From Camelus ferus (lineage: Eukaryota): 64,000 nucleotides of DNA. The notes below the pieces were generated by a model. That model was not told the origin of the DNA. It worked only from the letters and a program-made list of their open reading frames with translations, and ran no database searches. Shown in pieces: positions 39,071-52,004 of this stretch. A program made the translations under genes and the position numbers. The stretch's first letter is position 1; the number at the start of each line of letters is the position of its first letter. The stretch lies in assembly GCF_009834535.1 (NCBI RefSeq), contig NC_045696.1, forward strand, positions 121,584,001 to 121,648,000. The letters run 5' to 3'.

Positions 39071-39794
39071 ACAGAAGTTAGGTGTATGTCCCAGCAGTGA
39101 TGATAAAAGCGACCTGCAGTTTCTAAAAGATTTTTCAGTGAATTACTCACCATCGAAGTTTTCCTCTGATTCTGCTACACTCTGAACTGCATTTTAAGCA
39201 CTTTTCTACTTCAATTCCACACACACACACCCTGATATCCTTTATAATGGATAAAATTTGTGATTACAGTACTGTAATTTACTATGGGGTAGCACCTGCC
39301 AAAGACAGAATTAGTCCATTACTGAAAACTGGAGGCTTGGTTTTGAGGAAAGGTGTCTTCTGGTTGGAAGAATAATGGGGAGAGAGCTCAGGTCCCCCCA
39401 GAAGGGTTACCGCCCGTCTTTGCCCATTTAAGAGTGACACAAGGTAAGAACTCCTGAGATCCCCCCTCAACAATCCAGGATAACAAACCGACAAATTATT
39501 GGTGCCAGGAGAAAAGTTTCAGCCCCTGCAACTCCACTGAGTGGAGAGGAATTCAGAACCCATTTTCCATGGAAACCATGGTATATACACTGCCCAGATT
39601 TTGTAGACATGGTGCTGAGACTCTGACCTTCAGGCATCTCAGGGGTTAAGGAGACATGTATAAGCATCTCACCACCATTTCTAAAAACACCTGCTTCAAG
39701 AAGAAGGGGACTTTGAGTTGTAAGCAAATGATCTCCAATAAAAACCTGCAGCACAATGTGTTCAGAGCGGTGACAGGGCACATTCAAATCCTTG

Positions 39795-39870
39795 AAGTGG
39801 GAAAGAAAACAAAGAGACTAGACTGAAAAGAAAAGTGGGAAAGAAAACAAAGAGACTAGACTGAAAAGAA
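39795..39870. repeat. Perfect 38-bp tandem duplication
   Basis: AAGTGGGAAAGAAAACAAAGAGACTAGACTGAAAAGAA twice. Confidence 0.95.
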
Positions 39871-41305
39871 TTATTCTCGAATTTTTTCCCCTCTTTGAGC
39901 CATGGAAAGTATCAGAGTTAACAAAAAATTTGTGAACTTAAGGAAAGCAGCTTTCCCTCTTTCCCTTTGAATTCTGGTGTCTGAAAGAATGGACCATGAA
40001 TCAAGAAAGAAGCAAAAGTGCATCTTTTTTTTTTTTTTTTTTTTTAACCAAAGCTCCAGTCTTCCGAAAGAGTCTAAGTATAAACCAAACCTTTCTGAGG
40101 TTCTTCTGGGAAAAGTTCAAGGTGTGCTTCGCCAGAACGCTGCTGACGAGCTCCGTCTGCTGGGAGCGATCCAAACTGCCGTGGAAAATTTCAATGCACT
40201 TGGTGAATTTCAGGGCCAATTTTGCACCCTGTCTTCTCGGCATGGAAAAGAAAACGCCTGGGAACCCAGGCAGCCTTCTGGGCTCACCTGGGAATCTCTG
40301 CTTGGCCCGCTGCGTAGGTACTGAGATAAGAGTCGGGGGTTCTATTTCCAGGGCAAAAGCCGCAAAATGAGCCCCTCAGGAAATGAAGCCTCCAGAATCT
40401 CTCTATTTAGGGGTGGGGCTTAGGGGCAGAATCTCATGGGGAGGGCTGTCCTGGCAACCCTCTCCACTCCTCTCACAGCCTTCAGGTGACCGGAAACAAG
40501 GGCTCTGTCTTCTGAGTATCTTTCGTTGTCCACGAAATTCTTTCCTCCTCGGCTGACGATTCAGGACCATGAATTTGCAGGCTAAAGTAGGAACCTCCAT
40601 GTGACAAGGCCTGTCCCTGTCTGGCTCATAAAATGACACACATGTATGCAAGGGAAACCATAATAGCTGCTCTCTCAAACTCTTAATCAATTCCATTCTG
40701 GTTGGATCTGCTGACTACGAATGCCACAGTCTCGAGTTTCCTCCCCTCAGAACCAGAGCATCTTCTGTCTGCGTGGTGCTGGAGATTTCGCACCATGACA
40801 GCTGTTTTTCTCATAAAGCCTTTATAATGCAATTGATCCCTGGGGCGTTCTTCTAAAGTAGAAAATTCATCTCAGACACAAAAAAGTTTTCATGTAAAAG
40901 GGCAGCAACTGAGTCACCCTCGTTAGGGCAGCAGATGGAGGAGGAGGGAGTCTCAGCAAGAATGGGCATTTCTTTAATATGATGCGAGGTTGTGTGATGC
41001 AAAGATCGGTAGTTTGGTTTGATAAATGTTTGCCAATGGTCCCAGCTTTTAACATCAAAAGATTGAGATTTCAAGAGCAATGAAATGTTTTCCATTCATT
41101 GTTCATTCCTTTATGTCCTTTGTTCATTATTCATTCCTTTAAGATGATGGGAGGACACAGATTCCAATTCCCCGCTTACCATCTGCAAGATTTGGATCAA
41201 ATCTTAGCCTCTTAATCTTGGCTTTTCACTCTGTAAAATGGGGGCAATACTGCCTCATAAAGTTGCTATGAGAATTAAAATGAGATCATGTTTTCCAAGT
41301 CGCCT

Positions 41306-41931
41306 TGAGACAGGAAGGGGGCAGGGCACAGCCATTCAAGGAACAGCACAGCAGTTAACATCAGGATGGGGGAGGATTCAACCCCCAGGAGGCCTTGATG
41401 CTCAAGATGGTGGGAGATTTGGCTTCCTTGAGCTTCATTATATGCCTATTGTAACATATTAACATGATAAATAACATGCCCACAGGCACCATGGCAGTCC
41501 CAAGGCTAGCCACAGAAGGTCAAAGAGTGGGCAATGGCTAACTCCCTGGGATTCCCAGCCCCTTCCCCTTCCCCAGGCTAGTTAGACTGGTCCTTCCACT
41601 TATTAGCGTATGAAGCTACCGAGCCCATAAAAACTGGCAACACTGCCCCTCACGGCCCCCTCTCTCTCACTCTTCAGAGACGGCCCGCATTCTCTGTGGA
41701 GTGTGTACTTATTTTTACTCTAACCTGAGCACCCAACCCCTGACACCTCGTGGCCTTTCTCTTGCCTTTTGATGTATCTCTAAATAAATCTACCTTTACT
41801 CATCTGTCGGCTCGCCTGAATTCTTTCCTGCACGGAGCCAAGGACCCACACTTGGTGGGGCGCATCCCAGGGGCTCAACCAAGACCTGGGACATGGCCCT
41901 CCTCACGCCCCACATCCGTATTCCTGCATCT
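41306..41931 (+). mobile_element. ERV1-type solo LTR (family A) inserted in a MIR
   Basis: TGAGACAGGAAG start, AATAAA near 41783, ends TTCCTGCATC; highly similar to 47592-48252. Confidence 0.88.
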
Positions 41932-42321
41932 GTGTGACACATATTAAGTACCAAATCATTTTTCCTTCTCATTTCCTTTTTTATAGGGCTTTTGTAGATC
42001 GTGATGTGAGAACTCTTCCAGGATGTCTCATCAGAATTCAGGACAGTCACCCTGGCCTTTCATTCCAAGAAGATCTGCAGTGTAATCTTGCAGAGTCAGC
42101 TCATAAAGTTGTGTGAACTCTTTCCAAACTGGTGTTTTTGACCAAGAAATAAACTGCTTCACTCTAGGTGCCCATAAATTAAAAGGGAAGGTTTCCAATC
42201 ACTTTTTTTTTTTTTGCATGTGCCAAAAGTAAACATCTGCATTTCTCAACGGAATTGCTGGAAAAAAAAATATTAAGAGAAAAACTCACCTCCAGTTAAG
42301 TCAAAAATCCCCAGATGCTAC

Positions 42322-42822
42322 TCTGAACAAAAAATACTGCAAACCAAATCAATAAACAAAGAATGCTGAAACCACAAAGTCATCAGCGGCGGCCACCCCC
42401 CCACCCCTCCCCCCCCCCCAGGTGAGGACAAGCCTGCAGCCCGACCTCTGCAGCCACTCACAGTGGTGCCCTCTGAGGGGACTCAGAATAAGAAGGGACA
42501 GGACACTGGCCCTAGATAGCTAGGTGCTTGTCAAAGGAATGAATTCAATGAGTCCAAATGTCTGCTCCCTCCCGTACATAGAAAAGCGCTACATTCTTTA
42601 ACTTGAGATGCCTGGTCTCCTTTAACAGTAATCTTAATGTTCCGACTACCTGGTCTTTGCTGTAAAGCTCCTGTACATCCTGGCTCCTCCCCTACCTGTT
42701 CAGAGCAGTCCCTCAGAGCCGTCTGGGAAGCTCCGGCTCGAAGGGGTTCGAGTCCTCAGAAATGTCCACTGATTAAAGCATAACTCTCAACTTTAAGGTT
42801 GTGCATCTTATTTCAGTCGACA
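42322..42822 (+). mobile_element. ERV1-type solo LTR (family B)
   Basis: Perfect 4-bp TSD CTAC; ends TTTCAGTCGACA; reverse-complement homolog at 47128-48279. Confidence 0.88.
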
Positions 42823-43306
42823 CTACCTTAACTCAATCAATTTATATGAAACTGGCCCAAGTTTGGAAAACAAAGTTTTTTCCTTCCCTACCACATTCCT
42901 TGATTCATGAATTGCAGCCCCAAAGAACTTATCTTCAACCATTCAACCAGCAGTCAGAGAAAATGCTGCTGTCCTATAGATTGGTAGTTTGGTTAGATAA
43001 AGGTTTGCAAACGGTCTTAGCTTTTAATATCAAAATGTTGAGATTTCAAGAGCAATGAAATTCTTTCCATTGTTGCTTCCTTCCACGATGTGTTGAGTAC
43101 CTAATGCAGGCCAGGCAGTGCTCCAGATGCTGGGGGTAAAACAGTGGCTCCGACAAGCAGAGTGTTCCTGCATTCACTGAGCTTAACACTCCAGTGAGAG
43201 GAGACAGGTAACAAACATGTAAACAAATAAATCGGCAATGTTATCCTTTCAGAGAATAATAAATACTATGAGAAAATATAACACAATGCCACTCCCTAGG
43301 AGGGAG

Positions 43307-43885
43307 TGAAGGATTAATAACATGGCCACATTTAGGCTAACAGATTGCTTATTCTTATGCTTGCCCTTAGAACAGTCAACTGACCTGACTACTCAGTTCC
43401 AGGCCCGTTGTTAAAACTAAAGCTATCGATCTTACTGTTCCTGCTTTATTCCAGTAATCAAAAGCTATAATCGTACTTGGTTTCTGACTTGTTCTCCAGG
43501 GAGAAGGTCACAGAACTGTAACCTTACAAAGTAGGCTAAGTACCAAGAAGACCACACCTGGGGTGACTACGAGATAAAGAGATGGGAAGAGTGACAACCA
43601 CTGGCCTCTATAGAATTGGTCTCCTGGAGGCATCATGACGCCCCTCTGAGACTTCTGATGAGAAAATGATTCTGCCGATCGTTATCGATGCTTTATTGTT
43701 TGAGCTCTGGCTGTATACCCACCCCACCCCATCCCCAAGGTGGGCTCACAGTTCTGAAGGCCCCACCCTGCTGTGAGTCCCCTTTGCCCGGCACAGTAAT
43801 AAAGCGGCCTCTTTTCTTCTAAGCTCCAAGACCCGGACTCTGAGTTATTCGGCTCCTCAGGAAGGGGACCGATCTTCTGGCAACA
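43307..43885 (+). mobile_element. ERV1-type solo LTR (family C) inserted in L2
   Basis: TGAAGG...GGCAACA, AATAAA near 43798, flanks GGAG/GAAG; close copy at 50089. Confidence 0.88.
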
Positions 43886-44765
43886 GAAGCACTCTTAGAC
43901 TCTCTGGGGAATACGGCTTGAGCTGAAATCTGAACGACAAAACAGAGGCATGAAAAACTTGGGGACAGAGCAGCCAGGCAAAGGGCACAGCAAGGGCAGA
44001 GGCCCTGAGGAAGGCACCTCACAGTTAGGGGCAAAAAAAGAGGCTTCTCTGGCTGGGCAATAGCATCAGAGGGGCTGAGGCTCCCATCTCAAACGTCAGT
44101 GTGAATACAGATCCCCTGGGGGTCTTGACTAATAAGTAGGGTGGGGCTGGGACCTGAGATTCCACGTTTCTCAGACGCTGCCTGCGGTGCTAACTCTGGT
44201 GGCGCCTGGAGCCCACTGTGAGCCGCAAGGCTACAGGGCCTTGTAAGCCATGGGAAGATGTTTGAATTTCCTGCCAGTTGCAATGGAAAGCCCTGTTTAA
44301 CTGATGCCCTCACCAATTACACAGAGGTCTCACATCCCTTTGGTATCTTCCCCTCACCCGTCACAAAGCTGAGTATCTGGTAGACATTCTGTAATGCTTG
44401 TGTCAAATGGCAGAGATGATAGTCTTGACCAGCTTTGTGGTTTGCTCGGTGCTAGAAAGAGTAACAACATATGCTGGAATGGGTAAAGCAAAGTGAGCGA
44501 ATAGAAAAAGAACAGATGGGCTTGGAATTGCGTACTTATGGGTTCAAATCCTACACTGACAGCTGAAAGGTCTTGGACAAAATGCTCAACCTCTCTGAGC
44601 CTGGAGTTTCTCATTTATAAAACAAGAATCGAATCCATTTCATTAAAGAGACAGGAGATTTACATGCAACAGCTAAACGGACATGCCTTACAATAATACA
44701 CGCTCAGTAAACAGCCACTCTCTTCTCCTTCCCAGCTCCACCTGAATGTCAGCACCATAGCATTT

Positions 44766-45267
44766 GCTTTTGTCTTTAATTCTTATTTTTATTGAGCGTG
44801 GTCAGCAAAGCGATTCAGTTATACATATACATGCATATATATTTTTTCATATTCTTTTCCATTACAGCTAATTACAAAATATTGAATATAGTTCCCGGTG
44901 CTGTACACCAGGTCCTTGTTGTTAATCTAATTTATATACAATAATGTGTACCTGCTAATCCCAAACTCCTAATCTATCCTTCCCCCAATCCCTTTCCCCT
45001 CCAGTAATCACGGTTTGCTTTCTATGTTCATGAGTCTGTTTCTGGCTTGTAAATAAAATTTGTATCTTTTTTTTTAGATTCCACATAGAAGGGATACCAA
45101 ATGATATTTGTCTTTCTCTGTCTGATTTACTTCACTTAGTATAATAATCTCCAGGTCCATCCAAATTGCTTCAAATGGCATTATTTCATTCTTTTTTATG
45201 GCTGAGTAGTATTCCATTGTATATATACACCACATCTTTGTTCCAGTCATCTGTGGATGGACATTTA
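44766..45267 (-). mobile_element. 5'-truncated L1 3' end
   Basis: ORF 45074-45274 YTMEYYSAIKKNEIMPFEAIWMDLE; degenerate TSD GCACCATAGCATTTG / ACACCATGGCATGTG. Confidence 0.9.
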
Positions 45268-47127
45268 ACACCATGGCATGTGTATCGAATCACAATAATC
45301 TGCGAATTTTGTAGAGCAAATCTGATTTCCAAATTTAGGACTCAAGGCACATCCAGGTAAAGTAACTGAGGCTAGCCCTGTCATAACAGCCACTTATTGC
45401 TGCTTGAACGACAGTCACATCTGAGCTCCAGCCCTCATTCTGTTAGTAACTCCCCTAATGATCTTTGGCAGGTCCCTGAGCATCTGTGGGCCGCTGTGAA
45501 ATGAAAGACTGAAGTAGATGGTTCCCCATCTCTGGTGTCTTCTGACAGATGACCCTGGTGACAGTTCTGAGAGAGTGGACCTGTCTCCCGGAAGATGTGG
45601 CAAAAGCCTTATATTTGAGTGATGAGATCCAAATTCAGCAAGAAGACAAGTGACACCCTTGCTCATTAACCTTGGCCAACATCTTTGTTGGCCTCGGTCT
45701 CTTCTCCCCAGTACCATTATCCCTGGAGCTAGAATGCCAGAATTGTGCTCTCATCCTCCCTGGACCTTTAATATTTTTAAAAGCAACTGACATCACCTGG
45801 AAAACTTGAGAATTGGACTTAATGCAATAAAATCTATGCACTTCTCTGTTTTCTGTTGTATTTTTTTTCTTGTCACACAATGTTATAACCCTTTATTTCT
45901 AAAAATACCCTTGAGATGAAAGGAAATCTATAAAAGTGGTGATATTTTAAGTACTTGGAAAAATGTAAGGAGGCGGTTAAGGGTTTCTATCTATTCTGGT
46001 CTTCACCACCTCCACTGCTACCTCACCCTGCTGGGGGTTTCTATCAGCTTTGATTCATTTCTCTGCTTTTTTTTTTAAAACATTGTTGTTGCTTTTACAA
46101 TTAAGCACAATAAAAATTAAAACAACGCCAGCAGGAAATGCGTCTGACACAGAACCGCAGCCGCTGTGAGAGGTTCAGGCTGAGAAAGGAACCTACCCAT
46201 CTTCTCTAAAGATGTATTTCGCAAGGAGGGTTTTTCAATGAAAGCTTTGAAATGAGCAAAGACTATCTTCCAAAAGGTCAAATGCTTCATCCCGACAGAA
46301 TGTTTTCCCACGTCTTTCAGAAGGGACCGGGTACTCTCAGATCTGTCAACAAAAATGGCCCTTCCCTCAGGCCCAGCCAAAACCAAGACTCTCTTTTTAG
46401 CCTTGGTTACCCTCTCCCTTCGCCGATTTGTTGTTTGCCTTCTTTATCCTGATGCTTTGAGGACTCTGGTTGCTGAAAAAGTGAACCAAAGACCTAAGAG
46501 CTAGGTAAGGGCGACCCCCCCCCCAGGTGACTTCAGAGAGCCCCTGGCAGCCACAGATCCAGAGGTAGACACCAAATCCTCCAAATGATGCGTCTTTCCC
46601 AGACCCTGGGATCTACGGTGCAGCCAAAGGAGCAGGTGCTGCTCACCCGCAACACCGGCCCCCAGGGCATCATCTCTGCTCCTCCTTGGCCCAGGGCGCC
46701 CGTAATTACCCTGTAAACTGATCCCGCCACCCCACTGCCCTCCACACCCACCCGCTGTGGAAAATTCTATTGGCAATTAATTTGTCAGGAAAATGCTGTG
46801 GCATGTGAACACTGGTAATTTTATACCACAGATATTCAAATTAAACCTCAAGCCTGAGTGTTTTCAGTGTCAAATTGTAGCCTAGTTGCAGAGGAAGCGA
46901 GAAACAGAAGCTTCCTCTCGCTAGCTCCTGGTGGAGGGGTGGGGGGGCAAAAAAGAACGTTCCAAGCGGATGTCATCAGCTTGGCTCCATCTGTAGGCTT
47001 GACTCAGGAACATTAAGACAAAACACACTAATTATGGGTAACGCTCCTTGTGCTTCTCTCTGAGGAAAGGGGATGAGGTGCTTGTTTGTTCTGCATCATT
47101 CCTCGAGGGCCGAGAATCTTTCTAGAG

Positions 47128-48279
47128 TGTCGACTAAAATATGCACAACTTAAGATTTATATTTTGTTCGGGGGATTTTCTGAGAACTTGAGCCCAGGAC
47201 ACAGCCTCTCAGGTTGCTCGAAAAGACTGCCCTGAAGAGGCAGGCGAGGAGCCAGGATATAGAGGAGGTTTTGTAACAGAGACCAGGTAGGCAGAACATC
47301 AAAAGGTGACTGTTAATTAAAGAAAACCAGACGTCTCGAGGGAAGGGATTTCGCACATGGGAGGGTGCAAAGGTCTGGGCTCAGTGGAATCACTCTTTGG
47401 ATGTGCACCTAGCCGTCTAGGGCCAGCGTCCTGTCCTCTCCCATCCTGAGTTCCCTCAGACTGCACGCCTGGGGGTGGCTGAGAGGCCGGGCAGCCTGCT
47501 GGTCTCCTTCCTGAGTTCCCTCCTCTCACTGCCGGGGCGGTGGTAGTGGCTGATGACTTGATGGCCGCAGCATCCTTTAGTTTACTGATATTGAGACCGG
47601 AAGGAGGCAGGGCACAGCCATTCAAGGAATAACACAACAATTAACAGCAGAATGGTGAAAGATTCAAAGCCCAGGAGGCCTTGAGGCTCAAGATGGTGGG
47701 AGATTTGGCTTCTAGTAGACCCTGAGCTTCAATGTACGCCCATTGTAACATATTATCATGGTGAATAACATGCTCACAGGCACCATGACAGTCCTAAGAC
47801 TAGCCACGAAAGGTCAAAGAGTGGGAAATGGCCAGCTTCCTGGGCATCCCAGCCCCTTCCCCAGGCTAGTTAGACTGGTCCCTCCACTTATTAGCAAATG
47901 AAGCTACGAAGCCCATAAAAACTGGCGACACCGCACCTCGTGGCCACCTTTTTTGCTCCTTCCTCTTCAGAGATGGCCTGCACTCTGTCTATGGAGTGTG
48001 TACCGACTTTTATTCTAATATGAGCACCCAACCCCCACACCTTGTGGCCTTACTCTTACCCTCTGAAACAGCCTACACTCTCTGCACTATGAATCTCTCT
48101 AAATAAATCTACCTGTACTCAACTGCTGCTCACTCTTGAATTCCTTACAGCGTGAAGCCAAGGACCCATACTTGGTGGGACACATCCCAGGGGCTCAACT
48201 GAGGCCTGGGACACAGCCCTCCTCACATCCCACATCCTTTTTTCCTGCATCAATATAGCTGCCATAGTTTTCATTCACA
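47128..48279 (-). mobile_element. ERV1-type solo LTR (family B), split by a family A LTR
   Basis: TGTCGACT.. start is the reverse complement of the 42822 end; resumes at 48257 and ends TCATTCACA. Confidence 0.85.
47592..48252 (+). mobile_element. ERV1-type solo LTR (family A) nested in a family B LTR
   Basis: TGAGAC...GCATCA with perfect 4-bp TSD ATAT. Confidence 0.9.
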
Positions 48280-48902
48280 TGAAGAACAAATGTCAGACGC
48301 CAGGAACCTACAGGAGCCCACTCGAATTCTGCACCAGATTTTCCCAGGATTGTTGTGGTTTCTAGATGCTTGGTGAACTGACAGCCACCGGAGCAGCACA
48401 GGACAACAGAGCGCCAGCACAGCCCCAGCTGGAGAGCCCCTCGCCCTGTCTCCTGCAGAGGAGGACAGTGCCTGGGTCATTTGAGCTAAATCAAGGGGGA
48501 AAGCATAAAGCCTCAGAGTCTCCTGTGTCTGAAAGAGTCACTTCATTAATTCTTTTGAAGGGAGAAAGAAAACGAATATTGATTGTCTACTTCAGGCCAA
48601 GAACTGTATGTGCATCACAGAATTCAATCTCTGCCTTAAACCCATTAGGAAAATGTTATCCACCATCACTGTACAGATGAGGAAACAGACTTACGGGTGA
48701 AGCAGCTACATAACTCAGCCCTGTGTGTCTCTGGGGAATCCAAACTCAAGTCCCAAAGGATTCAAGCTTCTGTGTCAAGGGCCCTTAGGCAGGATGGGGA
48801 GCAAATGGGTTAGCTGGTGGAATTCTTTCACAGGGTTTCCTCATCCATTGTATGCAGAGTAAAGAAACAGTATCCTTCACATATAAATGCACTAATGTTT
48901 TT

Positions 48903-49253
48903 TGTAATAGAGAATAACCTTTGTTTGTTGGAAGTTTACAGGGACACCATGACCTGACCCAGGTGGAGGGCTGCAAGAACAAAGAATGCCTGCAGCAAGA
49001 AGTTTGCAACAACAACCACACCCCCTCCCTTGGTTTTTTTTTTTTTTTTTTTTCTTTTTTCTTTCTTTTTTTTTTTTGGTATAAAAGGAGCCTGTATTTT
49101 GACCAGAGCAGGATAGTTCTCCAAGACATTAGTCTGCCATCCTCTCAGTCTGCCGGCCTCTCTGAATAAAGTCGCTGTTCCTTGCCCCAACACCTCGTCT
49201 CTAATTTATTGGCCTGTCGTGCGGCGAGCAGAACGAGTTTGGACTCAGCAACA
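48903..49253 (+). mobile_element. Short MER41-like ERV1 solo LTR with a U3 deletion and poly-T expansion
   Basis: TGTAATAG...CAGCAACA, TTTT flanks, TATAAAA, AATAAA; homologous to 11468-11978. Confidence 0.88.
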
Positions 49254-50088
49254 TTTTGAGTGTGCAGAGATGCTGGTAGTGAAATATAAATGCATTTAAA
49301 AGTGTTAAGTGAGCCCAGAGTCCTCACATTATTGCATGTGTTTCTCATCAGTAGGTGCCAAAGCACAACATGATCACACGGATATTGGAATATTTTTGTC
49401 GTTCGGGGTTTTCACACTCAAGACCTACTGCTTTCTCCACAGGGCTTCTGGAATGTATTCTTTAAGGTAGGATAAACTTGGCACCACAGACTTGAATTAA
49501 GGCAGTATTTGGTTCACTTACATGAAAAATGGAAGCCATCGATACCCAGTTTCAAACTCAAGAAAGAACTGCTTCGCTGTACCACAGACAACTCTTCCAC
49601 AGACTGTGATCTACAGACTCTCTGGGACCTGACAAAGCATCCTGTGCCTGAGGACCACCTCAGACCCATTAAGTCAGACTCTCTGGAAGTGGGGCCCAGG
49701 ACTGCATTTTTGCAAGCTCCCTGGGACATTCTGTTACCCACAGAGTCTGAGAACCACTAGTAAAAACTGGCAAATGAAATGAATCCTAGTCCAACTGGAC
49801 TGGACTGGATTTCAATAAGACGCAAAGGATGACCATTAAAGGACAGAGGATGTCACACCTTGGATGTGGGGTTTCTTGTCCCTGGAGAACACACACAATA
49901 GACCACCCTGTCCATCAATGTACACGGAGCCAAAGAAAAAGCCTTCAGAGTTCAAATTGGCAGCACAGAATTGTCAAGACATCGTTAGCCAAAGGGATGT
50001 TTTTCCCTATCCAGAGATGTAAGGATACTTTGCCAAACCAGACTCGGGACATTTAAAAAAATTATTTTCTAGTTCTCCTACTTAATAG

Positions 50089-50671
50089 TGAAGGAGGGTT
50101 AATAAAATGGCCACATTTAGGCTAACAGATCGCTCATTCTCATCCTTGCCCTTTAAACGGTCAACTGACCTGACTGACCGGTTGCTACTCACAGCTTCAG
50201 GACCATTATTAAAACTAAAGCTATTAATTTTACTGTTTCTGCTTTATTCCAGTAATCAAAAGCTATAATCATATGAGTTGTTCTCCAGGGAGAAGGTCAC
50301 AGAACTGTAACCTTACAAAGTAGGCTAAATACCAAGAAGACCACTCGTTGAGTGCTTACAAGATAAAGAGATGGGAAAAGTGACAACCGCTGGCCTCTAC
50401 AGAACTGGTCACCTGGAGGCATCATGACGCCCCTCTGAGTCTTCTGATGAGAAAATGATTCTGCCGATCGTTATCGATGCTTTATTGTTTGAGCTCTGGC
50501 TGTATAACCACCCCCCCCCCAAGGTGGGCTCACAGTTCTGAAGGCACCAGCCTGCTGTGAGTCCCCTTTGCCCGGCACAGTAATAAAGCTGCCTCTTTTC
50601 TTCTAAGCTCCAAGACCCAGTCTCTGAGTTATTTGGCTTGTTAAGGAGGGGGGGCCGATCTTTCGGCAACA
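50089..50671 (+). mobile_element. ERV1-type solo LTR (family C)
   Basis: TGAAGG...GGCAACA with perfect 4-bp TSD ATAG. Confidence 0.9.
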
Positions 50672-51180
50672 ATAGCACAAATCAAATGCTATTTGTTAAT
50701 GCTGGTAGAGCCTGTTTTCACTGTTGCCGTTCATTTCTGTTGTTTTCACATTCAGATCTTCTTTTATGCTAAAAATCGGGAATGGGAGTTCATCCTGGTG
50801 AGTCTGTGGCGATACCTGTTGTCACAAACAACTAGCTTTAGGAGCTGTTAAGAAAATGGAAATTCTAACTGTGGTAAGAGATGTAGAACCTTGAACTCTC
50901 AGTCCCAGAAGGCAAGAAGATTCTATCTTGAACTTCAATTGTGTTGAGAAAGATTCTGAGACCACATCCGGGCTCAAGAGGAAGGAGAAGTGAGATTGAC
51001 TCTGGGCAAGGCCACGGGCCAGGCATTCACTAAGAGTGAACTTCCCAAGGCTAAATAACTACTTGGAAATGCAGAACCAAGGCTAGAACTCGGTTTTATT
51101 TTCTGCCTGTCAGAGTCTCTCTATTACCCCCAGGGATGGTTCACCGTGAGACAGGTTCCCTTTAACCTTGGACGTATCTG

Positions 51181-52004
51181 GGCCATCATTCAAAAGTCCA
51201 CAAATGACAAATGCTAGAGAGGCTGTGGAGAAAAGGGAACCCTCCTACACTGCTGGTGGGTACAGTGGTGCAGCCACTGTGGAAAACAGTATGAAGATTC
51301 CTCAAAAGACTAGGAATAGACTTGCCATATGACCCAGGAATCCCGCTCCTGGGCATATATCCAGAAGGAACCCTACTTCAAAAAAACACCTGCACCCCAA
51401 TGTTCATAGCAGCACTGTTTACAATAGCCAAGACTTGGAAACAGCCTAAATGTCCATCAACAGGTGACTGGATAAAGAAGATGTGGTATATTTATACAAT
51501 GGAATACTACTCAGCCATAAAAAATGACAACATAACGCCATTTGCAGCAACATGGATGTCCCTGGAGAAGGTCACTCTAAGTGAAGGTAAGCCAGAAAGA
51601 GAAAGAAAAATACCATATGAGATTGCTCATATGTGGAATCTAAAAAAAAAAAAAAAAAAATGAAAAGAAAAAGACAAATGAACATAAATACAAAACAGAA
51701 ACAGACTCATAGACATAGAATGCAAACTTGTGGTTGCCAGGGGGAAGTGGGGTGGGAGGGGACAGACAGGGAGTTCAAAATTTGTAGATACTGACAGGTA
51801 TATATAGAATAGATAAATAAGCATTATACTGTATAGCACAGGGAAATATATACAAGATCTTTTGGTAACTCATGGTGAAAAAGAATGCGATGATGAATAT
51901 ATGTATGTTTATCTATAACTGAAAAATTGTGTTCTAAACTGAAAATTAACACATTGTAAACTGACTATAACTCAATAAAATTAAAAAAAAAACAAACAAA
52001 AAAG
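51181..52004 (+). mobile_element. 5'-truncated young L1 with a 16-bp TSD
   Basis: ORF 51322-51663 [52 protein letters not shown] / ACCTTGGCCATATCTG. Confidence 0.94.

Noticed and set aside
41306..48252. Family A LTR pair as provirus ends
   Set aside because: The second copy has its own ATAT TSD inside another LTR, and there is no retroviral internal sequence
43307..50671. Two highly similar same-orientation LTRs 6.2 kb apart, suggesting a full provirus
   Set aside because: Each has its own TSD (GGAG/GAAG and ATAG/ATAG). There is no PBS after the first and no gag/pol/env, and the interior is L2, MIR, L1 and other LTRs
51322..51663. ORFs with real protein similarity (also 3119, 8997, 14719, 35871, 45074)
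   Set aside because: Fragments of L1 ORF2 in truncated elements, not host genes
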